Source: Mycobacteriales bacterium (GTDB taxonomy: Bacteria; Actinomycetota; Actinomycetes; Mycobacteriales; HKI-0501). Taken from it: a DNA stretch of 64,000 bases. Location of the stretch: NCBI GenBank assembly GCA_036402915.1, contig DASWRY010000022.1, forward strand, positions 19,629 to 83,628, given 5' to 3'. The notes below the pieces were generated by a model. The model was given only the letters and a program-made list of their open reading frames with translations, made no database searches and was not told where the DNA came from. A program made the translations under genes and the position numbers. Positions 19,690 through 33,323 of the stretch are shown here, piece by piece. Position 1 is the first letter of the stretch. The number at the start of each line of letters is the position of its first letter.

Positions 19690-20351
19690 GAAAGGCGGGT
19701 CCGGAACAGCTCGAGCGTGCGCGCCCAGGCCGCCTTCGCGGCGTCCTCGCGATAGGAGGCGGGCCGGTCGTCGTCGAAGAAGCCCTCCGGGGTGCCCGGG
19801 TAGTCGTACACCCTGAGCTCGCCCCCGGCGGCCTCGATCGTCTTGTGCGCGAGGTCGCGGGTCCCGGCCGCCGACTCGTCGTCCGCGCAGTGCACGAGGA
19901 CCGGCGTGCCGGCGTAGCTGCCGGGTTCCGCGTCCACGCGGCCCCACGGGCCCGCCGGGTAGAAGGCGACCGCCGCGTCGAGGTCCTCCGACACCCCGGC
20001 GGCCCGCAGCGCCAGCCCGCCGCCGAGGGAGAACCCCAGCACGCCGACCCGGCCGCCGAACTCCTCGCGGAGGTGGCGCGCCGCGGCGGCGACGTCGTGC
20101 GCGGCGGTGTCCACGGCGGGGACCATCGCCCGGCGTACGGCCTCGTCAGGGACCTCGGGCACGCGGTACAGGTCCGGCGCGAGCGCCACGAACCCCTCCG
20201 CCGCGAGCCGATCACAGACCGACGGGATGTGCCCGAGGGCAGCCCACCACTCGCCGAGCACCACCACGGCCGGCCCCGCGTCCTCCGCGGGCACCGCCAG
20301 GTACCCCTCGAGGGCCGCGCCGTCGCCGGTGAACGTGACCCTGCGACCCAC
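19686..20351 (-). CDS. dienelactone hydrolase family protein
   Basis: GTG at 20351 lies 8 nt after AGAGGAGG. Seen: LEGYLAVP, a nucleophile elbow GFSLGG, and VLVHCADDE. Confidence 0.75.
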   Translation of the reverse strand: MGRRVTFTGDGAALEGYLAVPAEDAGPAVVVLGEWWAALGHIPSVCDRLAAEGFVALAPDLYRVPEVPDEAVRRAMVPAVDTAAHDVAAAARHLREEFGGRVGVLGFSLGGGLALRAAGVSEDLDAAVAFYPAGPWGRVDAEPGSYAGTPVLVHCADDESAAGTRDLAHKTIEAAGGELRVYDYPGTPEGFFDDDRPASYREDAAKAAWARTLELFRTRLS

Positions 20352-20536
20352 GGTGACCGCCTCCTCTGGCCGGAATGGCCGTACCCAACCACAGGTGCCG
20401 GACGACCCGGTACCACGAGCGGTGCTCGTCACATCCCCCGACGTGTGACGGCCATCACCGTCCCGCCGTGCGGGATACGGCCCGTCTCCCGCCCTGCCAC
20501 TGGGATCCTCGTCACGGACGAGGAGGGGATGCCCGG

Positions 20537-21508
20537 ATGGCACAGGAACCGGCCCGGCATACGCGGCCGCCCGAGGTCTGGGCGATGGTCGCGATGATCG
20601 TCGTGTCCGCGGCCTCCTGCGCCATGGGTGCCGTCGCACCGATGACCGCCCACTCACCCGTCGGGCTCGACGCCGTGCTGGCCGTGGCGGGCCTCGCGCT
20701 CGCGGCGGGGATGTGGCGGTTCGGGAGCGGGCTGTCCCGGCCGTGGTTCCACGCCGCACTGCTGACGTGCGTGGCCGGGTCGACCGGGATCATCGCCGTC
20801 GCGTACACGCCCCAGGGCGCGGTGGCGTCCTCGCTGAGCTACCTCTGGGTGACGCTGTACGCGGCGTTCTTCCTGGGCCGGACGACGACCCGGGCGTACG
20901 TGGTGCTGGTCGGCGTCGCCCATGCCGCCGCGCTGGTCGTGAACCCGTTCCAGGGCGCCGCGCAGATCTGGGTCCTCATGATGATCACCGTGGCGATCGG
21001 CGCGGAAGCCGTGGCCGCGATGATCACGCAGCTCGCGGCCCTCGCGGAGACCGACCGGCTCACCGGCCTGTGGAACCGGGCGGGCCTGGAGCGGGCGGCC
21101 ACCCGCGTGCTGGCCGACGCCGCCCGGCGCGACACCCCGCTCAGCGTGGCGGTGCTGGACCTGGACGGGTTCAAGCTCGTCAACGACCGCGACGGCCACG
21201 CCGCCGGCGACCGGCTGCTCGTGGACCTCGCGACGGCGTGGCGGGGGTGCCTCCGCGTCTCGGACGTGCTGGCCCGCCACGGCGGCGACGAGTTCGTCCT
21301 GCTGATGCCCGGGACCGGGGATGCGGAGACCGCGGCCGTGCTGGGGCGCCTGCGGGCGGCCTCGCCGACGCACTGGTCGGCGGGGACGGCCCTCGCCCGG
21401 CCGGGCGACGACCTCGACACGTTGCTCGCGCGGGCGGACCGGGACCTGTACGAGGACAAGGCGCGGGGCCGCGCGAGCGCCGTCGAGGGGTTCTGCCCGG
21501 CCCCGTGA
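20537..21508 (+). CDS. membrane-anchored diguanylate cyclase (multi-TM N-terminus plus GGDEF)
   Basis: ATG at 20537 follows AGGAGGGG. About 5-6 hydrophobic segments precede DRLTGLWNR, DLDGFKLVNDRDGH and RHGGDEFVLLM. Confidence 0.8.
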   Translation: MAQEPARHTRPPEVWAMVAMIVVSAASCAMGAVAPMTAHSPVGLDAVLAVAGLALAAGMWRFGSGLSRPWFHAALLTCVAGSTGIIAVAYTPQGAVASSLSYLWVTLYAAFFLGRTTTRAYVVLVGVAHAAALVVNPFQGAAQIWVLMMITVAIGAEAVAAMITQLAALAETDRLTGLWNRAGLERAATRVLADAARRDTPLSVAVLDLDGFKLVNDRDGHAAGDRLLVDLATAWRGCLRVSDVLARHGGDEFVLLMPGTGDAETAAVLGRLRAASPTHWSAGTALARPGDDLDTLLARADRDLYEDKARGRASAVEGFCPAP

Positions 21509-21514
21509 CAGGAC

Positions 21515-21537
21515 GAGGGTCGACCGGGTCGACTCTC
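21515..21537. terminator. hairpin between convergent GGDEF and ppx genes
   Basis: gagggtcgac [cgg] gtcgactctc gives a 10-bp stem with one G-U pair. Confidence 0.45.
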
Positions 21538-21559
21538 GCCGCTGCTGCGACCCCGGGAC

Positions 21560-22486
21560 TCAGTCCCTGGCGAGGTCCGGCACCACGCTGAGCGCGATGC
21601 CGTCGAGGATGTCGTGCTCGCTCGCGACCAGCTCGGTGGCGCCGACCTCCTCCATCAGCACGCGCAGCACGAGCGCCCCCGCGCCGATCACGTCCACCCG
21701 GCCCGGGTGCATGACCGGCAGTGCCGCGCGCTCGGCGCGCGTCGCCCGCAGCAGCATGCCGGTCACCCGCGCCACCTCGTCGTACGTCACCCGCGCGTGG
21801 TGGATCCGCTCCGAGTCGTACGCGGTGAGCCCCAGCGCGAGCGCGGTCACCGTGGTGACCGACCCGGCCAGGCCGATCAGGGTCCGGGCCCGCTCGACCG
21901 GCACGACCTCCCGGGCGAGCGCGACCGCGGCCCGGATGTCGGCCTCCGCCGCGGCCACCTGCGCGGCCGTGGGCGGGTCGTCGTGCAGGTGACGCTCGGT
22001 GAGCCGGACGCAGCCGATGTCCACCGACCGCGCCGCCTCCACCGTGTCGGTGCCGAGGACGAACTCGGTGGACCCGCCGCCGATGTCCACCACCAGGTAC
22101 GGGGCCTCGGCCGGCAGGCCGCGGACCGCGCCGGTGAACGACAGCCGCGCCTCCTCGTCCCCGGTGATGACCTCGGGGTCCTGCCCCAGGACGGCCCGGA
22201 CCATCGCGCGGAAGTCGCCGGCGTTCTCGGCATCGCGGCTGGCGGAGGTCGCGACCATCCGGACCCGCTCCGCGCCCGTCGACGCGATCGTCGCCGCGTA
22301 CTCCTCGAGCGCGACCCGGGTGCGGTCGATCGCCGCCGGCGACAGCCGGCCGGTGCGGTCCACGCCCTCGCCCAGCCGGACGATCCGCATCGTCCGGAGG
22401 ACCTCGGCGAGCCCGTCACCGGTCACGTCGGCCACCAGCAGGCGGATCGAGTTCGTCCCGCAGTCGATCCCGGCGACGCGGGTCAC
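21560..22486 (-). CDS. ppx: exopolyphosphatase / Ppx-GppA family phosphatase
   Basis: GTG at 22486 overlaps the stop of the DUF501 gene (GTGA). Seen: AGIDCGTNSIRLLVA and DIGGGSTEF, which are ASKHA-fold phosphate loops. Confidence 0.8.
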   Translation of the reverse strand: MTRVAGIDCGTNSIRLLVADVTGDGLAEVLRTMRIVRLGEGVDRTGRLSPAAIDRTRVALEEYAATIASTGAERVRMVATSASRDAENAGDFRAMVRAVLGQDPEVITGDEEARLSFTGAVRGLPAEAPYLVVDIGGGSTEFVLGTDTVEAARSVDIGCVRLTERHLHDDPPTAAQVAAAEADIRAAVALAREVVPVERARTLIGLAGSVTTVTALALGLTAYDSERIHHARVTYDEVARVTGMLLRATRAERAALPVMHPGRVDVIGAGALVLRVLMEEVGATELVASEHDILDGIALSVVPDLARD

Positions 22487-23034
22487 CCGGCACCGCCCAC
22501 GCAGGGCCCGGCCCGCCACCACTCCGGCAGCGCGGCGAGCGCCTCGTCGCCGAGCGGGTTCACGCCCGGCCCGGCCGCGAGCGCGTGGCCGACCAGCACG
22601 TGCAGGCACTTGACGCGGGTCGGCATCCCGCCGGCCGACGTCCCGGCGATCTCGGGGACGTCGAGGCCCTCCTCGCGGGCGATCTCGTCCCGGCGGGCGA
22701 GGTAGCTGTCGTGCGCGCCCCGGTACCGCTCCGCCAGCTCGGGGTCGTCGGCGAGCCGCTGGGTCATCTCGCGCATGAGGCCGTTCGCCTCGAGCGTCCC
22801 GACGGCGGAGCAGGCCCGCGGGCAGGTCAGGTAGTACGTGGTGGGGAACGGCGTCCCGTCCGGCAGCCGCGGGGTCGTCTCGACGACGTCCGGCAGGCCG
22901 CACGGGCACCGGTGCGCCACCGCCCGGGTACCCCGCGGCACGCGGCCGAGCTGCTCGGCGACGGCGGCGAGGTCCGCGGGCGTGGCCGGTTCGGGTGCGG
23001 CCGGTCCGGGGGCGGCCGGTCCGGCGGCGGTCAC
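22483..23034 (-). CDS. DUF501 domain protein
   Basis: Seen: RCPCGLPDVVETTPRLPDGTPFPTTYYLTCP...VKCLH. Occupies the conserved position between the ftsB-like gene and ppx. Confidence 0.75.
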   Translation of the reverse strand: MTAAGPAAPGPAAPEPATPADLAAVAEQLGRVPRGTRAVAHRCPCGLPDVVETTPRLPDGTPFPTTYYLTCPRACSAVGTLEANGLMREMTQRLADDPELAERYRGAHDSYLARRDEIAREEGLDVPEIAGTSAGGMPTRVKCLHVLVGHALAAGPGVNPLGDEALAALPEWWRAGPCVGGAG

Positions 23035-23579
23035 GGCGTGACGCCCGGCACGGCCGGGACGGTGCGGGGGCTGTCCGCCGCGCGGATGCCGGACCAGAGC
23101 TTGCCGTACCAGGGACCGTCGAGGCGGGCCCGGCCGATCCGCGGATCCTGCCGGAGTGCCTCCGCCTTCGCCGACGACTTGTCGAGGATCACGTACGCCA
23201 CCTCACCCGGGCGGACCCACTGCAGCCGTGCCCGGGCCTGCGCCCGGACGTACGCCGGGTCGTCCCACTTCTGCCTCGTCTCCTCGAGCTGCGCGATGCG
23301 CTCCCGCTGCGCGGCGTGCGCCTGCTCGAGCGCGGCGATCTGCGCCTGCTGCGCCAGGTACCGCTGCGCCGGGTACGCGAGCGTCAGCACCAGCGCGGAC
23401 ACGACCAGCCCCAGGACCGCCGCGCGGCCCGTGAGCCCGCCGCGGCGGCGTGCCCGGCGGCCGGAGCCGGCGGCCGGGGTACGCCGCTGCGGCACCGGCC
23501 GGCTGGACCGCGCCACACCCCGCCCCGCGGCGGGGCGCCGTGCGGTGCCACCGGGCGTACGGCGGGGTGTGGCGGGCAC
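23031..23579 (-). CDS. septum formation initiator (FtsB/DivIC-like) protein
   Basis: A basic N-terminus is followed by a single TM segment (AAVLGLVVSALVLTLAY) and a coiled coil (QAQIAALEQAHAAQRERIAQLEE). Lies immediately downstream of eno. Confidence 0.7.
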   Translation of the reverse strand: MPATPRRTPGGTARRPAAGRGVARSSRPVPQRRTPAAGSGRRARRRGGLTGRAAVLGLVVSALVLTLAYPAQRYLAQQAQIAALEQAHAAQRERIAQLEETRQKWDDPAYVRAQARARLQWVRPGEVAYVILDKSSAKAEALRQDPRIGRARLDGPWYGKLWSGIRAADSPRTVPAVPGVTP

Positions 23580-23580
23580 G

Positions 23581-26588
<3,008 letters not shown>

Positions 26589-26635
26589 CGTCGGTGCTGG
26601 GACGACCCTCCGGTGTGGATCGCACTGGGTACTTC

Positions 26636-28231
26636 TCAGCTCACGCCGAGCAATGACGCCAGATGCCGCGGCGACGGTGAACCGTGCGCCAGCATCGCGT
26701 CGTGCCACGCACGGAGCGTGGTCCCCTGTGGACGCAACGCTGCGATCGCGGAGACCTCGGTGTACCCGACGAAGTAGGTCGACAGCTGCGTCGAGGTGAG
26801 CAACGCTCGGCGCCACTTGCCGGCGGCCTCGCCCTCCTCCTGGAAGCCCCGGCCGCGCATCAGCGCCATGCCGTCCACTTCGGACAGCTCCCCGCAGTGC
26901 ACGAGCCGGTCCAGGACCGCGTTGATCGTCATGCGGAGCTGCATCTTGAGCTGTTGGAGCCGCACCGGCAGACCGCCGTACCCGTGGTCCGCCATGAGCT
27001 CCTCCGCGTACACGGCCCAGCCCTCCACGAAGGACCCCGACCGGCACACCGCCCGCACCCGGCTCGACCCGCGGAACCGCCGGGCGTGGGACAGCTGCAC
27101 GTGGTGACCGGGCATCGCCTCGTGGACGGTGAGCCCGTGGAGCATGTGGTCGTTGTACTCCCGGTAGAACGACTCCACCCGTTCCGGCGACCAGTCCGAC
27201 GGGGTCGGGGAGATCGCGAAGAACGTCGGCACCGGCGCGGGCTCGAGAGGCCCGGGTGCGTCGCAGTACGCCACCGCGACACCGCGCGCGAACTCGGGCA
27301 TCTCCACGATCTCGCACGGGTCCCCGACGAGCGTGACGAGGTCCTGCGTGCGCACGAAGTCGGTCGTCGCGGCGAGCGCCACCGCGGCCTTGCCCACGAT
27401 CGTGGTGTCGTCGGGCCTGTCGGCGGCGAGCAGGTCCAGCGCCTCGCGGACCGACCCGCCGCCGGTGAGCTCCGCCGCGACCTCGGTGATCTCCTCCGAC
27501 AGCCGGTCGAGCGCCGCCTCGGCGCGGGGGTGCAGCTCCGCGGCGGTGAGGTCGGAGTCCAGGGCGTGCCAGAGCTTGGCCTCCCACAGCCGGGCGCCGA
27601 TCCGGGGATCGCGGCCCGGCTCGGCGAGCATCGACGCGAGCCGGTCGCGGTGGCGCGCGACGGCGGCGAGCGCGTCCTCCACAGGCAGCTCCGGCGCACC
27701 CGGGACCTGCGCGGCGAGCGCGGGGATCTCGTCCCGGATGAGCCGCGCGGTGCCGTCCCACTGCGACAGTGCGGTCTCCACGTGGACGGCGGGGCAGTCG
27801 GTCAGGACCCGGTCCGCGGTCGCGAGCGCATCCGGCAGCGCCGCGAGCCGGGCGGCGAGGGCCGTGAGCCGCTCCTCGACCGGCGCGGTCTGCCGGGCCA
27901 GCAGGCCGTGCAGCAGGAAGCCGGGGTTGTGGACGAGCGGGTTCCACTCGTGCTCGCGCAGCTCGGTGAGGGCGAACAGCCGGGCGTCCACCGCCGCGGC
28001 GAGCAGTTCCAGGTCGACGGCGTCCTCGGGGTCCAGGAGGTCGGGATCCACCTCGGCGAGCACGTCGCCCGCCTGCCGCAGCGCGGCCACCCGCGCGCGG
28101 ACGGCCGACGGGGACCAGTCCGGCAGCCGGTCGTCCACCCGGTGGTCACCGACGTCGCGGGCCAGCTCCGGTTCGGCGGTCAGCAGGTCGTCGACGATCT
28201 GCTCGGCGACCGGTGCGAACTCCCTCGGCAC
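26636..28231 (-). CDS. DUF885 domain protein (putative metallopeptidase-like)
   Basis: The TVHEAMPGHHVQ motif and the overall helical pattern are typical of DUF885. GTG at 28231 lies 3 nt after the mazG stop. Confidence 0.8.
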   Translation of the reverse strand: MPREFAPVAEQIVDDLLTAEPELARDVGDHRVDDRLPDWSPSAVRARVAALRQAGDVLAEVDPDLLDPEDAVDLELLAAAVDARLFALTELREHEWNPLVHNPGFLLHGLLARQTAPVEERLTALAARLAALPDALATADRVLTDCPAVHVETALSQWDGTARLIRDEIPALAAQVPGAPELPVEDALAAVARHRDRLASMLAEPGRDPRIGARLWEAKLWHALDSDLTAAELHPRAEAALDRLSEEITEVAAELTGGGSVREALDLLAADRPDDTTIVGKAAVALAATTDFVRTQDLVTLVGDPCEIVEMPEFARGVAVAYCDAPGPLEPAPVPTFFAISPTPSDWSPERVESFYREYNDHMLHGLTVHEAMPGHHVQLSHARRFRGSSRVRAVCRSGSFVEGWAVYAEELMADHGYGGLPVRLQQLKMQLRMTINAVLDRLVHCGELSEVDGMALMRGRGFQEEGEAAGKWRRALLTSTQLSTYFVGYTEVSAIAALRPQGTTLRAWHDAMLAHGSPSPRHLASLLGVS

Positions 28232-28234
28232 CCC

Positions 28235-29200
28235 TCAGCGCTCCGCGGCGCGGACGGCGCCCGCGAAGCGGAGCGCCTCGGCCCGCAGGGCAGCCTCGGC
28301 GTCCAGACCCCGGGAGCGTGCGGCCGCCACCAGGCCGAAGAGCGTACGGCCGAGCTCGTCGGCGGACGAGACGGCGGACGGCGAGACGTTGGCGTGCGGC
28401 GTCCCGGCGTCGATCCCGGCCCGCTCGGCGCGGGACAGGTACTTCGCGGCGAGCGACAGGGCGGGCTGCGAGAGCGCCACGCCCTCGACGGCCGAGCTTC
28501 GGCCCTTCTCGGCCTGCTTGATGTCGTGCCAGTTCGCGTTGACCTCGTCCGCGCCGGACACGTCCACGTCCGCGAACACGTGCGGGTGCCGGCGGACGAG
28601 CTTCGCGACCAGTTCCCCCGCGACGTCGTCGATCGACCAGCGCTCGTCGTCGGGCAGCTCCTCGGCGAGCCGGGCGTGGAACGCCACCTGCAGCAGCACG
28701 TCCCCCAGCTCCTCGCGGAGCGCGTCGAGGTCGTCGTCCACGAGCGCGTCGTGCGCCTCGTACGCCTCCTCGAGCAGGTACGGGGTCAGGCTCGCGTGGG
28801 TCTGCTCGGCGTCCCACGGGCAGCCGCCCGGCGAACGGAGCCGGTCCATCACCGCGACGACGTCGAGCAGGCGCCCGCCCGGCGGGTCCCACGAGCCGAA
28901 CACGACCTCCACCTCGGCGCCGCCCGGCGCGCCCGTGAGCGCGGTGGTGAGGCCGGCGTCGCCCTCGGGACCGGCGAGCCACACCGTGGTGCCGCCGCCG
29001 AGCAGCAGGTCCACGATCTCGTCCGCGCCGCGGTCGCCGACCGTGGTCACGTCGACGCCGGACGCGCGGATCGCCTCGACCGTGGCGGTCTCGCCCTGCG
29101 CGTACACGGGCGCGGACCGGAGCAGGTCCCACGCCTGGGCGGTCAGCAGGCCGGCGGGCAGCCGTGGGGAGGTGACGAGGAGGACGACGTGCGCGGTCAC
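28235..29200 (-). CDS. mazG: nucleoside triphosphate pyrophosphohydrolase MazG (with N-terminal methylase-like domain)
   Basis: Seen: CPWDAEQTHASLTPYLLEEAYE, ELGDVLLQV and RRHPHVF. The start overlaps the upstream stop (GTGA). Confidence 0.85.
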   Translation of the reverse strand: MTAHVVLLVTSPRLPAGLLTAQAWDLLRSAPVYAQGETATVEAIRASGVDVTTVGDRGADEIVDLLLGGGTTVWLAGPEGDAGLTTALTGAPGGAEVEVVFGSWDPPGGRLLDVVAVMDRLRSPGGCPWDAEQTHASLTPYLLEEAYEAHDALVDDDLDALREELGDVLLQVAFHARLAEELPDDERWSIDDVAGELVAKLVRRHPHVFADVDVSGADEVNANWHDIKQAEKGRSSAVEGVALSQPALSLAAKYLSRAERAGIDAGTPHANVSPSAVSSADELGRTLFGLVAAARSRGLDAEAALRAEALRFAGAVRAAER

Positions 29201-29796
29201 GGCTGCGGTGCCGCCTGCTGGGTCACGGGCTTGATGCCGGGCTCGACCGCGGGCGTGACGGCGACGCGCTGCGGGTCGAAGGCGCCGTACCGCGGGTTGA
29301 CGCGCACGTGCGCGTCCTTCGCGGCCTGGGCCCGGAGCCCGCTGACCCGGTCCTGGACCGCGGTCACCTGCTCCGGCGTCAGCTGCCCGCTGCCCGCGAG
29401 CTGCTGCGCGAGGTGGCGCTGCACGGTGAGCAGGTACGCGGCGAACTCGGCGAACGCCTCCGGCCGTACGCCGAACTGCGCCGCCTGCGAGCGGATGTCC
29501 GCGTCCTCACGGGCCTGGGCGATGACGGCCGGGGTGACGTCGGCGCCCATGTCGCGGGCGACCGTGCGCAGCAGCGCGGTCTGGACGAGGACGTTGAGCG
29601 AGTTGAGCGTGGCGTCCCGCCGCGACCCGGCCGCCGCGTCCAGGGCGACGACGTGGTCGACCTGCGCGGTGGAGATCTGCTGGCGGCCGATGTACGCCGC
29701 CGTCGCGGGATCGCTCTGGCATCCGGCGAGCGATCCGGCGGCGAGGACGGCGAGCACGGCGACGACGAGGGGGCGCGGTCTGGTCACGGCGCTCAC
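29197..29796 (-). CDS. lipoprotein with SurA-N-like chaperone-type domain
   Basis: The signal and lipobox read LAAGSLAGC. The start overlaps the mfd stop (GTGA). Occupies the same position as a lipoprotein gene between mfd/mazG and eno in mycobacteria. Confidence 0.6.
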   Translation of the reverse strand: MSAVTRPRPLVVAVLAVLAAGSLAGCQSDPATAAYIGRQQISTAQVDHVVALDAAAGSRRDATLNSLNVLVQTALLRTVARDMGADVTPAVIAQAREDADIRSQAAQFGVRPEAFAEFAAYLLTVQRHLAQQLAGSGQLTPEQVTAVQDRVSGLRAQAAKDAHVRVNPRYGAFDPQRVAVTPAVEPGIKPVTQQAAPQP

Positions 29797-32700
29797 CCTG
29801 CCACACGCTCGGGCGCGAGGGCGTCGATCACGCCCGAGGCCCAGTCCAGCAGCTCGGTGTCACGCAGGGGCCGGCCACCGATACGGGCCGTGGTCGGCTG
29901 GGGGATCACCACGGTGTGGACCGTCGACTTGTACGCGGCCCCGGGGTACAGCCGGGTCAGCCGCATGACCCTGCTCTCCGGGAGCTGCAGCGGCGTGAAC
30001 CGGACGCCCTTGCCCTGCAGCGACACCTCGGTGAGCCCGGCCTCGCGCGCCTTGACCCGGAACGCGGCGACCGCGAACAGGTTCAGCACCGGCTGCGGCA
30101 GCACCCCGTACCGGTCCAGGACCTCCTCGCGGACCGCCTCGAGGTCGGCCGTCTCGGTGACCGCCGCGAGCTTGCGGTAGATCTCGAGCCGCAGCCGCTC
30201 CCCCGGCACGTAGTCGTGCGGGAGGTGCGCGTCGACGGGCAGGTCGACCTTGACCTCCGCCTGCTCCTCCGGCTTCTCGCCCTTGTACTCGGCGACGGCC
30301 TCGCCGACGAGCCGCACGTACAGGTCGAAGCCGACGTTCGCGATGTGCCCGGACTGCTCGCCGCCGAGCAGGTTGCCCGCGCCGCGGATCTCGAGGTCCT
30401 TCATGGCGACCGCCATGCCGGAGCCGAGGTCGGTGTTCTGCGCGAGCGTCGCGAGCCGGTCGTGGGCCGTCTCGGTGAGCGGCTTCTCCGGGGGGTACAG
30501 GAAGTACGCGTACGCGCGCTCCCGGGCCCGGCCGACCCGCCCGCGGATCTGGTGCAGCTGCGACAGCCCGAACGCGTCGGCCCGCTCGACGACGAGCGTG
30601 TTCGCGTTGGGGATGTCCAGTCCGGACTCGACGATCGTCGTGGAGACGAGGACGTCGAACTCCTTCTCGTCGAAGCCGACCATCACCTTCTCGAGCACGT
30701 CCTCGTGCATCTGCCCGTGGGCGACGGCGACGCGGGCCTCGGGCACCAGGTCCCGGATGCGCTGCGCCGCGCGCTCGATCGACTCGACGCGGTTGTGCAG
30801 GTAGTACACCTGGCCGTCGCGCAGCAGCTCGCGCCGGATGGCCGCGGCGATCTGCCGCTCCTCGTACGGCCCGACGTAGGTGAGCACCGGGTGGCGCTCC
30901 TCCGGCGGGGTGAGGATGGTCGACATCTCGCGGATCCCGGTCATGCTCATCTCGAGCGTGCGCGGGATCGGGGTCGCGGACATCGTCAGCACGTCCACCG
31001 ACGCGCGGACCTGCTTGAGGTGCTCCTTGTGCTCGACACCGAACCGCTGCTCCTCGTCGACGACGACGAGGCCGAGGTCCTTGAACCGGGTGGAGTCCTG
31101 GAGCAGCCGGTGCGTGCCCACGACGATGTCGACCGAGCCCTCGGCGAGTCCACGTTGGACCTCCGCCGCCTCGGAGTCGGTCTGGAACCGGGACAGCTGC
31201 CGGATCGCCACCGGGAACTGCGCCATCCGGTCGGAGAAGGTCTGGAAGTGCTGCTTGGCGAGCAGCGTCGTCGGCACCAGCACGGCGACCTGCTTGCCGT
31301 CCTGCACGGCCTTGAACGCGGCCCGCACGGCGATCTCGGTCTTGCCGTAGCCGACGTCACCGGCGATGATCCGGTCCATCGGGTACGGCTTGCGCATGTC
31401 CGCCTTGACCTCGTCGATGGCGGTGAGCTGGTCGGGCGTCTCGGTGAACGGGAAGGCGTCCTCGAGCTCGCGCTGCCACGGCGTGTCCGGGCCGAACGCG
31501 TACCCCGGCGTGGAGGTCCGCGCCGCGTACAGGCGGATCAGCTCGCCCGCGATCTCCTTGACGGCCTTCCGCGCGCGGCCCTTGCTCTTCTGCCAGTCGG
31601 CGCCGCCCATGCGGTGCAACGCCGGGGCCTCGCCGCCGACGTACCGCGTGAGCTGGTCGAGCGCGTCGGTCGGCACGAACAGCCGGTCGCCGGGCTGGCC
31701 GCGCTTGCCGGGCGCGTACTCGAGGATCAGGTACTCGCGCTCGCCGCCGTTGATGGTGCGGCGGACCATCTCGACGTACCGGCCGACGCCGTGCTGCTCG
31801 TGCACCACGTAGTCGCCGGGCTGGAGCTGCAGCGGGTCGACGGCGTTGCGGCGGCGGGACGGCAGCCGCACCTCGCGGGTCCCCGCGACCCGGGCGCCGG
31901 TGATGTCGGCCTCGCCGAGCAGCGCGAGCCGCGGGCCCGCGAGCGTGAAGCCGCGGTCCAGGCGGCCCGTGGTGATGGTGACCGAGCCGGGCTTCGGGGC
32001 CTCGTCGAGCGCAGGGACCAGTACGGCGCCGAGGTCGTGCTCCGCGAGGACCTCGAGCGCACGCTGGGCGGTGCCGTGCCCGGCGAACACGAGCACGGTC
32101 GCCCAGCCCTGGGCCGCCCACCCGCGGACGTCGGCGACCGCGCGCTCGGTCTCGCCGCGGTAGCTGTCAGCGGCCTTCGCGTCCACGGTCAGCTCGTCCG
32201 GGTCGCCGCCGAACGGGCTCACCGACCACCACGGGATCCCCAGCTCCGCCGCCGTGGCGCGGACGTCGGCGAGCGCGCGGAACGCCGCCGCGCCGAGGTC
32301 GACGGGCGCGGTCCCGCCCCCGGCGGCCGCGGCCCACGAGGCCCCGAGGAACTCCGCGCTCGTCGCGACGAGGTCGTGGGCACGGGTACGGATCCGCTCG
32401 GGGTCGCAGAGCAGCACGTGGGTGCCGGCCGGCAGCGCGTGCAGCAGCAGGTCGAGGTGGTCCGCGCCGAGCAGGGCGGGCGTGAGGGACTCCATGCCCT
32501 CGACCGGCGTCCCGTCGGCGAGCTTGTCGAGCATCTCGCGGAGCTCGGGGAACTGGTGCGCGAGGTCCGCGGCGCGCTGCCGTACCTCCGGGGTCAGCAG
32601 CAGCTCGCGGCACGGCGGCGCCCACAGGCCGTGGGTCGCGATCTCCAGGGAGCGCTGGTCCGCGACCGCGAAGTACCGGACCTCCTCGACCTCGTCGCCC

Positions 32701-33323
32701 CAGAACTCCACCCGGACCGGGTGCTCGTCGGTGGGCGGGAAGACGTCGAGGATGCCGCCGCGTACCGCGAACTGGCCGCGCTTCTCGACCAGGTCGACGC
32801 GCTCGTACGCGATCTCGACCAGCCGCTCGACGACCTGCTCCAGCGGAGCGGAGACGCCCTGGGCCAGCTCGACCGGCTGGAGGTCGCCGAGCCCGCGGGG
32901 CATCGGCTGGAGCAGGCTGCGGACCGGCGCGACCACGACCTGCACGGGGCCGGTCGTCGGATCGTCCGCACTGGGGTGGGCCAGCCGCCGCAGCACCGCC
33001 AGGCGGCGGCCGACGGTGTCCGCACGCGGCGACAGCCGCTCGTGCGGCAGCGTCTCCCAGGACGGGAACGTCACGACCCCGTCCGGCGGCAGCAGGCACG
33101 TCAGCGCCGCGGCGAGGTCGTCGGCCTCCCGGCTCGTGGCGGTGACCGCGAGCACCGGCCGGCCCGCGCCGCCCCGAGCGGGGTCCGCGGCGAGCGCCGC
33201 GACGGCGAACGGCCGCAGCGCCTCGGGGGCGGTCAGGTCGAGGACGTCGGTACCCGCCGCCTGGACCGCCGAGGCCAGCGCGGCATCGGCGAGAACCGCA
33301 TCGAGGAGACCGACGAGGGACAT
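29793..33323 (-). CDS. mfd: transcription-repair coupling factor
   Basis: 1176 aa. Seen: a CarD/TRCF RNAP-interacting region ([14 protein letters not shown]), helicase motifs [17 protein letters not shown] and [11 protein letters not shown], and a TRG region. Confidence 0.95.
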   Translation of the reverse strand: MSLVGLLDAVLADAALASAVQAAGTDVLDLTAPEALRPFAVAALAADPARGGAGRPVLAVTATSREADDLAAALTCLLPPDGVVTFPSWETLPHERLSPRADTVGRRLAVLRRLAHPSADDPTTGPVQVVVAPVRSLLQPMPRGLGDLQPVELAQGVSAPLEQVVERLVEIAYERVDLVEKRGQFAVRGGILDVFPPTDEHPVRVEFWGDEVEEVRYFAVADQRSLEIATHGLWAPPCRELLLTPEVRQRAADLAHQFPELREMLDKLADGTPVEGMESLTPALLGADHLDLLLHALPAGTHVLLCDPERIRTRAHDLVATSAEFLGASWAAAAGGGTAPVDLGAAAFRALADVRATAAELGIPWWSVSPFGGDPDELTVDAKAADSYRGETERAVADVRGWAAQGWATVLVFAGHGTAQRALEVLAEHDLGAVLVPALDEAPKPGSVTITTGRLDRGFTLAGPRLALLGEADITGARVAGTREVRLPSRRRNAVDPLQLQPGDYVVHEQHGVGRYVEMVRRTINGGEREYLILEYAPGKRGQPGDRLFVPTDALDQLTRYVGGEAPALHRMGGADWQKSKGRARKAVKEIAGELIRLYAARTSTPGYAFGPDTPWQRELEDAFPFTETPDQLTAIDEVKADMRKPYPMDRIIAGDVGYGKTEIAVRAAFKAVQDGKQVAVLVPTTLLAKQHFQTFSDRMAQFPVAIRQLSRFQTDSEAAEVQRGLAEGSVDIVVGTHRLLQDSTRFKDLGLVVVDEEQRFGVEHKEHLKQVRASVDVLTMSATPIPRTLEMSMTGIREMSTILTPPEERHPVLTYVGPYEERQIAAAIRRELLRDGQVYYLHNRVESIERAAQRIRDLVPEARVAVAHGQMHEDVLEKVMVGFDEKEFDVLVSTTIVESGLDIPNANTLVVERADAFGLSQLHQIRGRVGRARERAYAYFLYPPEKPLTETAHDRLATLAQNTDLGSGMAVAMKDLEIRGAGNLLGGEQSGHIANVGFDLYVRLVGEAVAEYKGEKPEEQAEVKVDLPVDAHLPHDYVPGERLRLEIYRKLAAVTETADLEAVREEVLDRYGVLPQPVLNLFAVAAFRVKAREAGLTEVSLQGKGVRFTPLQLPESRVMRLTRLYPGAAYKSTVHTVVIPQPTTARIGGRPLRDTELLDWASGVIDALAPERVAG

